From: Candidatus Promineifilaceae bacterium
GTDB taxonomy: Bacteria; Chloroflexota; Anaerolineae; Promineifilales; Promineifilaceae
DNA: 44,733 bases
Reading direction: 5' to 3'
NCBI GenBank assembly: GCA_046259695.1
Contig: JBJYWX010000209.1
Location: forward strand, 1-44,733
Positions within the stretch are counted from its first letter, which is position 1. Each line of letters begins with the position of its first letter. Positions 1 through 7,622 of this stretch are shown piece after piece. The notes under the pieces are model-generated. The model worked only from the letters and a program-made list of their open reading frames with translations. It had not been told where the DNA came from and did no database searches. The translations under genes were made by a program, and so were the position numbers.

Positions 1-1118
1 CGACTTCCGCCTACCCGGCAGTCGACAGCTATCCTGACCAGGATGGAGAGGAGTCCGTTGCACGCACGCCAGAAACGCAGGCCAATCTCACCTACCTGCC
101 CTTCGCCGGCGCCCAACAGCCCGCCGCCGCTACATTGGAGGCGCCCATCGAACCTACGACCGAGCCGGTTCCTACCCTCGACTTCGCCGCGCTGCGGTCT
201 GATCTAGAGGCACAGGGTGAGGAACTCACCTTTGTGAAAACCGGCTTTCACGTCACGCTGCCCGAAGATCGGACGCTTCTGGATGGGTGGATGACGCGCC
301 TTGACGCGGCCGGCGTTCCCATTTTTATTAAGACGGTAGACAACGCCGAGCCACTTTATAAGGCCCAGGAGTTAATGCGCAAGAGCGGCGTACCACACGT
401 GCTGGTCTTCCGGGCGACGGGAGGTGTACCCCATTATGAGCTCCCGCCTCAGCAGGCGGCGCAGATTCATTGGGAGATGCACCGCGACCTGTTCCCGCCC
501 GAGCTCGATCCGAGCCTGGTTTGGGTGGAAACGCTGAACGAGCCGGACCGCACCAACTCGGAATGGCTGGCGGAGTTCGCCCTGGAAACGGCGCGCCTGG
601 CGATGGCTGATGGCTTCCGCTGGGCCGCATTCGGCTGGGCCTCGGGTGAGCCGGAACCGGAGCATTGGCAGGGACCAAAGATGCAAGAATTTCTGCGTCT
701 GGCCGGGGAGAATCCTGACAAGATCGCTATCGCACTGCATGAATATAGTTACCTCAAGGATGAAATCGGCCATGAGTACCCTTACAAGATCGGCCGTTTC
801 CAGGAATTGTTCCGCATTGTGGATGAATTGGGAATCCCGCGCCCGACGGTCCTGATCACCGAGTGGGGCTGGGAGCACAACGAAATTCCCGCACCAGAAC
901 GGGCCATCAAGGATCTACGCTGGGTGGCTGAACTATATGCCGCTTATCCGCAGGTGAAGGGGGCGGCAATTTGGAACCTGGGCATCGGCTGTTGTTTCGG
1001 CGATATCTCAGAACAGGTCCAGGAAATCATCGAGCCAGTGACGGAGCTAAGTCTGACCACCTATTTCGCAAAGCCACCCGGACAGCAGGCTGTAGACGAA
1101 GCCAAGTTTCAACCTTAG
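1..1118 (+). CDS. Clan GH-A (TIM-barrel, GH5-like) glycoside hydrolase, probably 5'-partial at the window edge
   Basis: The ORF track starts at TTG 135, but the same frame has no stop codon back to base 3, so the CDS likely begins outside the window. Ordered motifs VETLNEPD (acid/base NEP), ALHEYSY and LITEWGWE (nucleophile Glu) are typical of clan GH-A. The family cannot be assigned by eye. Confidence 0.55.
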   Translation, partial: TSAYPAVDSYPDQDGEESVARTPETQANLTYLPFAGAQQPAAATLEAPIEPTTEPVPTLDFAALRSDLEAQGEELTFVKTGFHVTLPEDRTLLDGWMTRLDAAGVPIFIKTVDNAEPLYKAQELMRKSGVPHVLVFRATGGVPHYELPPQQAAQIHWEMHRDLFPPELDPSLVWVETLNEPDRTNSEWLAEFALETARLAMADGFRWAAFGWASGEPEPEHWQGPKMQEFLRLAGENPDKIAIALHEYSYLKDEIGHEYPYKIGRFQELFRIVDELGIPRPTVLITEWGWEHNEIPAPERAIKDLRWVAELYAAYPQVKGAAIWNLGIGCCFGDISEQVQEIIEPVTELSLTTYFAKPPGQQAVDEAKFQP

Positions 1119-1182
1119 ACGCGTTTGCACGTGCGTTTCCGTTCGCTATGCATCCCGACCTTTCCTACAGAAGGCGCCGTGG

Positions 1183-3315
1183 TCAGTTGGCAATCGTGAT
1201 CGGGGCCAAAAGCAGTCGGTCAGCGACTGCCTGGCCTTCTTCCTCCACCGCCAGGCGTTCTCCCGTCGGCTGGTTATAAACGCCAATCTCCAACTGGTAC
1301 TCGCCCGGCTTCAGATCGCGCGGCAGTGCCAGCGGCATGTAGCTTAGCAGGCGTTCCCCTCCCGCTTCGCGCCAGAAACTGGTAGGGTATTCGTTGGCGT
1401 CAAAGCCGGCGACTACCTTCCCATCCATATCTAGCAGATGGGCGAAGATCGTGTATTGGCGCGGCGGTCTCTGCAGCAGCTCCCAATAAAGAATAAGTTC
1501 CAGGGTGTCTCCCGGCTCCAAGGTGGAGGCATTCCGGTCATGCCCTAAGAAGCGCATGATCGTCTCAAAATTGACGGGTAGGGCAATGGGATTGCTTGTC
1601 TCCTGCAGCGTCTCCTGGTCAAAAGTTGTCGCCCATGACCAGGTGGCGGGCGTTCTGTCTCGTGGTTCGGGATAAACGGCAGGGGACCAATGCATTACCT
1701 CGGCTACCGGCCGGTCAAACCGGTCGTACACTGTCTCCACAGCTGCCAGTCCCGTGCCAAGTTCCATCAAAGCTGGCTGGGGCACATTCTCCGCTAGCAG
1801 CACGTATGTCGCCTCTTCCCCAGGTGGCGGCAACGGTAAACTCTGGCGGGCATCAAACCAGTGGATTCCATCGTATGTTTCGGGCGCCAGGAGGGCAAGC
1901 GTTGGATGCTGCATATACTGCGTCGAAAGATAGATAGCGCCGCTGGGAGGGTGACGGCGCAAATAGTCGGCGACGTAAACCATGGCGACGCGCCGGTCAT
2001 CATCGTTACGCGGCGACAGATGCCAGCGCTGGAAGTAAGCACTGGCCGTCTGTACGGTCAGCCAGACAAAGAGTATCAGCACCACAGCCGAAGCAATTTT
2101 CGAGACAGACTGCCCACCCAGGCGCCTTGCCTGGCGCAGCGCCTCATCCAGGGTCAAGGCAGGGAAGAAGTAGACAACGGGCAAAACGCCGATGGCCCGC
2201 TGGTAATAGGGCAGCGATTCGGCCGACAATACCATGGGCAGAAGCATGATTAGCAGCCACAGGGGCGCCGCCAGGTAAGCAACCCGCGATAGGTCCCTAC
2301 CCTTGTAAGCACGCCACAGAGCCAGAGGGATGCCCGCATAGAACAGCGCCCCGACGAGCCGGTTAAAAACGGGCTGCCCGGCTATGTTAAAGCGGTAATT
2401 GATATCGCCCCATACCGTCCACATACGTGCTGTTTCCAGCATGCTCTGACGCAGGCGGCCAAAAGCATCCCCGCCGGACCACTCAGGCGAGAAGACGGAA
2501 ATCTGTGCGGCACGGCCGAAGAAATCTTGGGGATGCAGCCAGAAATGGCGGCCTAGGGGCAGAAACACCAACAGGGCCACGCCGCCCATGGCGGCAAGCG
2601 GCATCCAGTGAGCCGCTACTGCCCGCCGATCAAAGAGCAGTGCAAGCACCAGTATGGACAGGATAAAAAAGGGGAAAAGGCGTACTGCCGTGTAGGTATA
2701 AGGGGAAAGGCCAAGAAAAAATCCCGCCGCCAGGAACGGCCACCAGGCAGGCCATCCGCTGCCGGCCCGCTGCCGCAAACCATAGAAAAGAAAGAGAACC
2801 ACAAAGAGCTGGACAAACGGCTGGATCACGGCACGATAGCCATTGCGGCTGGCGATCAGGTGCCACAGCGAGACGGTGAGAAGAGCGGCGGTCAGCAAGC
2901 CGATCCGGCGCGTGAACAAGGTCCGCACCGTCGTATACGTGAGGGCCACGGTCAAGATACCGATATAAGCCGATAACAACCGCCCGGTAAAGATGTTTTC
3001 CCCTTGCAGCGCAAAAAGGAAGGCTTCCAAATAGACAAAGAGCGCCTCGCGACCAGTGAAAGCGGAGAAGAAGACCGGGTGGTACTTTCCGGCAAGCACA
3101 TCGCGCGCCAGCAGTGCCTTGGTAGCCTCATCCGGGTGCCAACCAAATGGAATCGAGGCCAGGCAATAGAGACGCAAGAATGCCGCTAGCAGCAGAACGG
3201 TTAGCGGTGCGGCTGTGGTCAAAGTGAGCTGCCTAAGACTGCGCATGAGACCATATAGCGTAGTGCGAATCAAAGAATTGGCAAGCGAATGAGCGGCGGC
3301 CGGTCCGCCGCTCAC
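1183..3315 (-). CDS. GT-C fold membrane glycosyltransferase (ArnT/PMT_2, GT39-like) with C-terminal soluble beta-rich domain
   Basis: 710 aa with many predicted TM helices. The N-terminal loop motif GWHPDEATKALLARDV (DE motif) is typical of ArnT/PMT-like enzymes. The C-terminal ~110 aa (GDTLELILYWELL...YTIFAHLLD...LPRDLKPGEYQLEIGVY) is paralogous to the C-terminus of the 32273..34669 protein. Confidence 0.7.
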   Translation of the reverse strand: MSGGPAAAHSLANSLIRTTLYGLMRSLRQLTLTTAAPLTVLLLAAFLRLYCLASIPFGWHPDEATKALLARDVLAGKYHPVFFSAFTGREALFVYLEAFLFALQGENIFTGRLLSAYIGILTVALTYTTVRTLFTRRIGLLTAALLTVSLWHLIASRNGYRAVIQPFVQLFVVLFLFYGLRQRAGSGWPAWWPFLAAGFFLGLSPYTYTAVRLFPFFILSILVLALLFDRRAVAAHWMPLAAMGGVALLVFLPLGRHFWLHPQDFFGRAAQISVFSPEWSGGDAFGRLRQSMLETARMWTVWGDINYRFNIAGQPVFNRLVGALFYAGIPLALWRAYKGRDLSRVAYLAAPLWLLIMLLPMVLSAESLPYYQRAIGVLPVVYFFPALTLDEALRQARRLGGQSVSKIASAVVLILFVWLTVQTASAYFQRWHLSPRNDDDRRVAMVYVADYLRRHPPSGAIYLSTQYMQHPTLALLAPETYDGIHWFDARQSLPLPPPGEEATYVLLAENVPQPALMELGTGLAAVETVYDRFDRPVAEVMHWSPAVYPEPRDRTPATWSWATTFDQETLQETSNPIALPVNFETIMRFLGHDRNASTLEPGDTLELILYWELLQRPPRQYTIFAHLLDMDGKVVAGFDANEYPTSFWREAGGERLLSYMPLALPRDLKPGEYQLEIGVYNQPTGERLAVEEEGQAVADRLLLAPITIAN

Positions 3316-3373
3316 TTAGAAGTCACTGCATTTGCTGCTAGGTTGGTGCTTTACGCCGGATACCGAGAACGCT

Positions 3374-3389
3374 TAAGTCATTTGACGTA
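3374..3389. promoter_or_regulatory. 16-bp 7-2-7 inverted repeat TAAGTCA-TT-TGACGTA (copy A1), putative NarL-family response-regulator operator
   Basis: Near-perfect palindrome (6 of 7 positions complementary between halves). It lies 32 bp upstream of copy A2 and about 150 nt upstream of the receiver gene start. Same heptamer family as copies B and C. Confidence 0.45.
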
Positions 3390-3405
3390 GCAGCGTGGGA
3401 TCAGA

Positions 3406-3446
3406 GCACGCATTTGTCGTAGCACGGACCCATCATACGGCCGATG
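3406..3446. promoter_or_regulatory. Bipartite motif copy A2: GCACGCA-TT-TGTCGTA (only the right half-site is good) plus box 2 ATCATACGGCCGATG
   Basis: The right heptamer with flanks, CATTTGTCGTAGCA, matches copies A1, B and C. Box 2 (3432..3446) begins 10 nt after the heptamer, against 11 nt in copies B and C. Box 2 overlaps an 8-bp perfect inverted repeat, TACGGCCG-ATGG-CGGCCGTA (3436..3455). Confidence 0.4.
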
Positions 3447-3529
3447 GCGGCCGTACATTCACTTGGTATGCTAGATACAATTGGGCCAATGGCTAACGTG
3501 AAACGAGGCGGCGCGGACGCGCGCCGTCA

Positions 3530-3964
3530 TTGTGGAGGAATACCCCCTTGGACAGACGCATCCAAATCCTTATTGTCGACGACAGCACTACAGTGCGGCA
3601 GGGCTTGCTGGCCTTGATCGACACCGCGCCTGACATGACTGTTGTCGGCCAGGCCACGGATGCATCAACTGCCATAGAACTCACGCGTCGGACCCAGCCC
3701 GATGTCATCATTTTTGACCCTAGCGCCCCCCTGGAGCAAAACATAAATACGATTGCCGCCTTGCGTCAGGCAAGCGGATTAACACGCATTCTGATCCTCA
3801 CTGACGACGGTGATGAGCAGCCCGTCCGCGCTGCGCTGCAAGCCGGCGTTCAAGGATACTTGCTGAAGGATGCAGTGCTGACTGATGTCTTAACTGCGAT
3901 CCGCCGCGCGTTTGAAGGCCAGATCGTGCTTCACCCCAGCTTGTCACCGGGCTACATCATATGA
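3530..3964 (+). CDS. Stand-alone response-regulator receiver domain (NarL-type receiver, no output domain)
   Basis: ILIVDDSTTVRQGL (acidic pocket DD), PDVIIFD (phospho-acceptor Asp), ILILTD (Thr) and YLLKD (Lys) are all present. It aligns along its whole length with the receiver half of the 7615..8271 RR and stops just after the shared LHP motif, so there is no HTH. The TTG start from the ORF track is uncertain. Confidence 0.8.
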   Translation: MWRNTPLDRRIQILIVDDSTTVRQGLLALIDTAPDMTVVGQATDASTAIELTRRTQPDVIIFDPSAPLEQNINTIAALRQASGLTRILILTDDGDEQPVRAALQAGVQGYLLKDAVLTDVLTAIRRAFEGQIVLHPSLSPGYII

Positions 3965-3994
3965 CGTAGCCACACCTCTATCATTGCGCCGATG
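3953..3994. promoter_or_regulatory. Bipartite motif copy B: TACATCA-TA-TGACGTA (3953..3968) plus box 2 ATCATTGCGCCGATG (3980..3994)
   Basis: The palindrome halves are 6/7 complementary. The stop codon of the receiver gene (TGA 3962..3964) lies inside the palindrome. The motif sits about 160 nt upstream of the first LysW-like gene. Confidence 0.45.
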
Positions 3995-4128
3995 CATGTT
4001 AGCGATCGTTGTTTTACGATAGGCATAATGACCATGTCGCATAAGCGACTAATTATGCGCACCTTTCACGCGGCGGGGATGCAGGTGAACATTCCCCATG
4101 CGACGCAAATAACAGTCAGGAGATAACA

Positions 4129-4419
4129 ATGTCCTTACGTACTAAACGAGAAATTACCGCCACCTGTCCCGGATGTGGTAACGAAATATACTTTCATGAA
4201 ATGCCTCGACTCGGCCAATTTGTCACCTGCCCGGAGTGCGGTGATATGACTGAAGTCATCAGCCTCGATCCGGTCGCTCTTGACTGGTCTTCTGATTGGG
4301 AAGACGAAGAGTGGGAAGATGACTGGGAATACGAGGGCGGCTCCTACGATGAAGAAGATGAACTTGAAGATTTTGACAATGACGAGTATGACGACGAGTC
4401 GGATAATGATGATTATTAG
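4129..4419 (+). CDS. LysW-fold zinc-ribbon mini-protein with 45-aa hyper-acidic, Trp/Tyr-rich tail (paralog 1)
   Basis: SD AGGAGA (4118..4123) lies 5 nt before the ATG. CPGC...(17 aa)...CPEC is followed by MTEVISLDPVALDW, which resembles the LysW/ArgW amino-group carrier zinc ribbon. The tail (residues 52-96) has 27 D/E, no K/R, 4 W, 4 Y and 1 F, and ends in Tyr rather than the carrier EDWGE-Glu. Confidence 0.75.
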   Translation: MSLRTKREITATCPGCGNEIYFHEMPRLGQFVTCPECGDMTEVISLDPVALDWSSDWEDEEWEDDWEYEGGSYDEEDELEDFDNDEYDDESDNDDY

Positions 4420-4565
4420 TTGAGGGCATCGGCTTTGGGCGCAGCACGGCGGCCGGACCATTGGCAGACAGTAAAAGACGCCGGCGAGCTCCTTACAAGG
4501 GTTAACTTGCAGTTGTTTTAAATGGCATGTCCTAAGGCAGACGTAATCCAGGAAAGGAGAATTTG

Positions 4566-4793
4566 ATGAATCAACAAGGCGAACAGGCCATCGTGGCCAA
4601 ATGCGTTGCCTGCCGTTCCCGCATTTTCTTCAAGGCACGACCAGAGTTAGGGGACTACGTAACATGCCCTGAATGTAAGGCGCAGCTTGAGGTTGTGGCG
4701 CTGTCCCCTCTGCGTCTGGATTGGCTCTTTGAAGAAGACAGCCAGTCTACCTGGCGCCAGCCGGCACACAATCCAATAGATGTCGAACGATAA
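4566..4793 (+). CDS. LysW-fold zinc-ribbon mini-protein (paralog 2, short non-acidic tail)
   Basis: SD AAGGAG (4554..4559) lies 6 nt before ATG 4566; the ORF track starts at TTG 4563. CVAC...(17 aa)...CPEC is followed by QLEVVALSPLRLDW. The tail LFEEDSQSTWRQPAHNPIDVER ends in Arg. Confidence 0.7.
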   Translation: MNQQGEQAIVAKCVACRSRIFFKARPELGDYVTCPECKAQLEVVALSPLRLDWLFEEDSQSTWRQPAHNPIDVER

Positions 4794-4844
4794 GCCTCAA
4801 ACGGAGGGCACCGACCTTACCAACCGGCCTGAAGCGAAGCCAAG

Positions 4845-4873
4845 AACCCCATTCTTCCTGAGTGGGGTTTTTT
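4845..4873 (+). terminator. Rho-independent terminator after the LysW-like gene pair
   Basis: Stem AACCCCA (4845..4851) pairs with TGGGGTT (4863..4869) around an 11-nt loop. A run of six T (4868..4873) spans the end of the 3' arm and the following tail. Confidence 0.65.
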
Positions 4874-4876
4874 ATA

Positions 4877-4905
4877 TTGACTTCTTTTTGGCTGGACATC
4901 ATAAG
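4877..4905 (+). promoter_or_regulatory. Candidate sigma70-type promoter TTGACT-17-CATAAG
   Basis: The -35 TTGACT (4877..4882) has 5/6 matches, the spacer is 17 nt, and the -10 CATAAG (4900..4905) has 4/6. It would give a leader of about 205 nt before the 5118 start. Position-based guess only. Confidence 0.35.
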
Positions 4906-5117
4906 CTGATTTGTAAGAAACTCGTACTATCTTATGGTTAAGATGCAGCCAATGGGTCGGCATATTGTGCCAGAGGTCGACCGGCTGCTGGGATGGGATA
5001 GGAGCATAGAAGCGTACAACGAAGCCACTAGTGAGCTAAGGTATTCGATAGCAGTTAGAATTCCGGCGCCTTGGCGCCAGAATCTGGTTAAGAGCAGCTT
5101 AGTAGGAGATAAAGAAG

Positions 5118-6275
5118 ATGCACCGACGAATGGGGATGCTTCTTGTTTTTCTGGCAGTGTTGCTCCTTTCCCCGCTTGTGGCGCAGGCTAGCGCCGCTCT
5201 GTTCCAGAGCGGCCCTGCGCTCGAATATTTGGGTGAAGGGGGCAGTTATACGATAGCAGACGGGCGGCACTTTATTGTAAAACAGACTGGGCCGTTTCGA
5301 TTCATTAACGTGCCCGGGCCGACTTACACTGCTACCGGCGATGAACGGGTTTGGGCAGCTACGCTGAACGCGCCATCGCCTTTAGTACGAACATGGGTCA
5401 GCTACGGCAGTGTGCCAAAGGGCTGTGAAATCTCTTACATGGCGATCGACGATGATCCAGATGATCGGATCAATGTATTTTATATTGACGATGACCCGGT
5501 TCATGATATGCCGCAAGGCTTCGTAACCGGCGGGTCATTTGTTTCGCCATCTGCGGGCAACCTGCGCCTCCAGGCGGTGGACAGCATCGGCATCTGGCTC
5601 GACAAATGTGAGGGCGAATCTACCATCACGCCGACAACCCCACCAGTGGACACCATTACGGCGACACCAACCGCAACGGCCACCACAGATGTCACTGTAT
5701 CTCCGACGGCCACAACCCCTGTTACGGTTTCGCCAACGGCTACAGATCAAGGTCCGAGCACGGCGATAGCGCCGACTCCGGAGCAGGAAACGGCAACGCC
5801 TACGGCGACCGCCACGAAGAAACCACGACTTCCAGCCTGCTTGCGCATAAATTTTGAAGTGAGCGGTGACCTGGCAAAAGAAGGCGTGTTTGAGGTGCGT
5901 GAAACAGGTGGCAGGCTGCTTTACAGCTGGTACGCGGAAGAGGGCTGGTACGACAGCGGCTGGATCAGAGACATTGACATCTCATTCGAATCGGTCTTCA
6001 TCGAGGTTTTCTACGTGCCGGCCGACGGCCCGCGCGTGCGTATGGAGATCTTTAATCCTGCCCCCGGCACGTCATATGGCTGGTTAGGTCGCGGCATGTG
6101 CCATGCACTGGAAGTGGGCTGGCCCGATGAAACCATTACGCCTACGCCCACACCGGACGCGCAAGATGGCTTTAACGACGAGTTCGATTTGGAGCAACTA
6201 GATCTGCTGCGCTTTATCTGGCCCGGCATCCAGCCAACCGCCACGAGCACACCGGCCAGTTCGCTGCGAGGCTAA
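5118..6275 (+). CDS. Secreted two-domain protein of unknown function with Thr/Pro-rich linker
   Basis: SD GGAGA upstream of the ATG. Signal peptide MHRRMGMLLVFLAVLLLSPLVAQASA. Linker TPTTPPVDTITATPTATATTDVTVSPTATTPVTVSPTAT...ATPTATATKKP. I recognise no family in the flanking ~170-aa and ~150-aa domains. Confidence 0.6.
   Translation: MHRRMGMLLVFLAVLLLSPLVAQASAALFQSGPALEYLGEGGSYTIADGRHFIVKQTGPFRFINVPGPTYTATGDERVWAATLNAPSPLVRTWVSYGSVPKGCEISYMAIDDDPDDRINVFYIDDDPVHDMPQGFVTGGSFVSPSAGNLRLQAVDSIGIWLDKCEGESTITPTTPPVDTITATPTATATTDVTVSPTATTPVTVSPTATDQGPSTAIAPTPEQETATPTATATKKPRLPACLRINFEVSGDLAKEGVFEVRETGGRLLYSWYAEEGWYDSGWIRDIDISFESVFIEVFYVPADGPRVRMEIFNPAPGTSYGWLGRGMCHALEVGWPDETITPTPTPDAQDGFNDEFDLEQLDLLRFIWPGIQPTATSTPASSLRG
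5691..5750 (+). repeat. 2 x 30-nt in-frame tandem duplication inside the Thr/Pro linker
   Basis: gtcactgtatctccgacggccacaacccct followed by gttacggtttcgccaacggctacagatcaa, encoding VTVSPTATTP / VTVSPTATDQ. Within the shared VTVSPTAT codons the differences are synonymous third-position changes. Confidence 0.6.
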
Positions 6276-6332
6276 GCCGCCTGGTCGCCGCCGCGACCGG
6301 CAGCTTATTCACGTTTAGAATTGGAATTTACG

Positions 6333-6358
6333 AAGGGGCGCTTTGCGCCCCTTTTTTG
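6333..6358 (+). terminator. Rho-independent terminator after the secreted-protein gene
   Basis: Perfect stem GGGGCGC (6335..6341) / GCGCCCC (6345..6351), TTT loop, followed by TTTTTT (6352..6357). Confidence 0.75.
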
Positions 6359-6384
6359 TTACCATATTTCGCCTGCCGTATTCA
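6356..6384 (+). promoter_or_regulatory. Candidate promoter TTGTTA-17-TATTCA for the kinase/regulator operon
   Basis: The -35 is at 6356..6361 and the -10 at 6379..6384 with an exact 17-nt spacer. This leaves a very short leader with no obvious SD before ATG 6402. Low confidence. Confidence 0.3.
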
Positions 6385-6401
6385 TACGCTAAAATAACGA
6401 T

Positions 6402-7622
6402 ATGGTACCGGCATCAATGGGCACCGATCCAGCGCCTGACGAAAGAACACTGGCGCTGCTAGAGCAGCAGGCGGCCGACCGCACGCGCAAGCTAAGCGCG
6501 CTATATGACATTTTGGAAGCTGCCAGCGCACCCAGCGATCTGCAGACCACTATCACACGCTCGCTGCATCGCGTATTGAAAGCAGTTAAGAGCGACGCGG
6601 GAGCCATCCACTTGCTGGATAAACGGGGCGAGACGCTGCGACTGGCGGCGCAGCAAGGACTGCCTGAGAAGACCTCAGCTTTGCTGGAAAAAATCGACGT
6701 GCGCGAAAACACGCTGGCCGGCTGGGTCGTGCGCCACAATGAGCTGCTGCTCATTCCCGATATGCGCACCGACGACCGCGCGGCGAGTATTGCCGCCTTA
6801 AGCGATCATGCTGTCCTGTTGGCCGTTCCTATTGTCGCCAATGAGCAGGTGCGCGGCGTGTTGACTGTATTGGGCGACGATTTAGGCCATTATACAGCGC
6901 AGGAAGAGATGGACCTGGTCACTTCCGTGGGTGAGCAGCTCGGCGTTGTCGTAGAAAACGCGCGCCTGCGGCAGCAAATGGAAGAACTGGTAGTCATGGA
7001 GGAGAGAAACCGCCTAGCACGGGAGCTGCATGATTCCGTAACACAGTCACTTTACAGCGTGACCCTGTTTGCAGAAGCTGGTATCAATCTGAACGAGGCG
7101 GGCGAATACGAACGCGCAGGCCAGCTTTTTCCGGATATCCTGGAAACCGGTCGGCAGGCGCTTAAGGAAATGCGCCTGCTGGTCCACAAGCTGCGGCCGT
7201 CTGCTCTTGAAAAGGAAGGCTTCGCGAAGGCCATTCAGCACCGGCTGAATGCTGTTGAAGGGCGTGCAGGCATTAAGCACCAGCTTATCGTGCATGGTGA
7301 TCTAGACATGAGCCAGGAAATAGAAGAAACGATCTTTCATGTCACACAGGAAGCACTTAACAACGCCATTAAACACGCTAATGCAGACACGGTACGCGTC
7401 GAGCTGCGCCAGGATCGGTATGGCCTTACGCTCATCGTCGCCGACAATGGCCTGGGATTCGATCTACAAGCGGCGGCCGAGGGCAGCGGTCTCGGCCTGG
7501 TGAGCATGCGCGAGCGCGTTGAGGAGCTAGGCGGGTCCATTGCCTATGAATCGGCACCCGGCCAAGGCGCGCTGATTCGAGTCCAGCTGCCGGCGGGCGC
7601 GACCGGAGCGACCGATGAGTGA
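6402..7622 (+). CDS. Soluble GAF-domain sensor histidine kinase (HisKA_3 + HATPase_c, NarX/LiaS/DegS class)
   Basis: No TM segments. GAF-like N-terminal region (...GAIHLLDKRGETLRLAAQQG...VPIVANEQVRGVLTV). H-box EERNRLARELHDSVTQSLYS. N-box QEALNNAIKHANA and G-box DNGLGF...GLGLVSMRERV. Confidence 0.85.
   Translation: MVPASMGTDPAPDERTLALLEQQAADRTRKLSALYDILEAASAPSDLQTTITRSLHRVLKAVKSDAGAIHLLDKRGETLRLAAQQGLPEKTSALLEKIDVRENTLAGWVVRHNELLLIPDMRTDDRAASIAALSDHAVLLAVPIVANEQVRGVLTVLGDDLGHYTAQEEMDLVTSVGEQLGVVVENARLRQQMEELVVMEERNRLARELHDSVTQSLYSVTLFAEAGINLNEAGEYERAGQLFPDILETGRQALKEMRLLVHKLRPSALEKEGFAKAIQHRLNAVEGRAGIKHQLIVHGDLDMSQEIEETIFHVTQEALNNAIKHANADTVRVELRQDRYGLTLIVADNGLGFDLQAAAEGSGLGLVSMRERVEELGGSIAYESAPGQGALIRVQLPAGATGATDE

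Noticed and set aside
1127-1134. Palindrome GCACGTGC between the convergent GH and GT-C genes
   Set aside because: It is too short to fold as a terminator, has no flanking U-run, and there is no second copy.
3414-3437. Reading the conserved TTGTCG/TTGACG as a sigma70 -35 with ATCATA/ATCATT/AACATT as the -10
   Set aside because: The spacer would be only about 12 nt in all three copies, which is incompatible with sigma70-type spacing. The elements are kept as operator-like boxes of unknown mechanism.
3436-3455. Perfect 8-bp inverted repeat TACGGCCG-ATGG-CGGCCGTA as a terminator
   Set aside because: There is no U-tract on either strand, and it lies in a divergent promoter region. It overlaps box 2 of motif copy A and is not reproduced in copies B and C.
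4539-4545. Isolated half-site AGACGTA just upstream of LysW-like 2, a TTACGAA-like sequence near 6326, and GCCGATG on the minus strand near 4427
   Set aside because: These are single heptamer-like matches without an inverted partner or box 2, as expected by chance. LysW-like 2 is more simply co-transcribed with paralog 1.
4934-5191. 85-aa ORF overlapping the start of the secreted-protein gene
   Set aside because: It has no SD and is out of frame with, and overlapping, the well-supported 5118 start, which has an SD and a signal peptide. It is more likely part of the long 5' leader.
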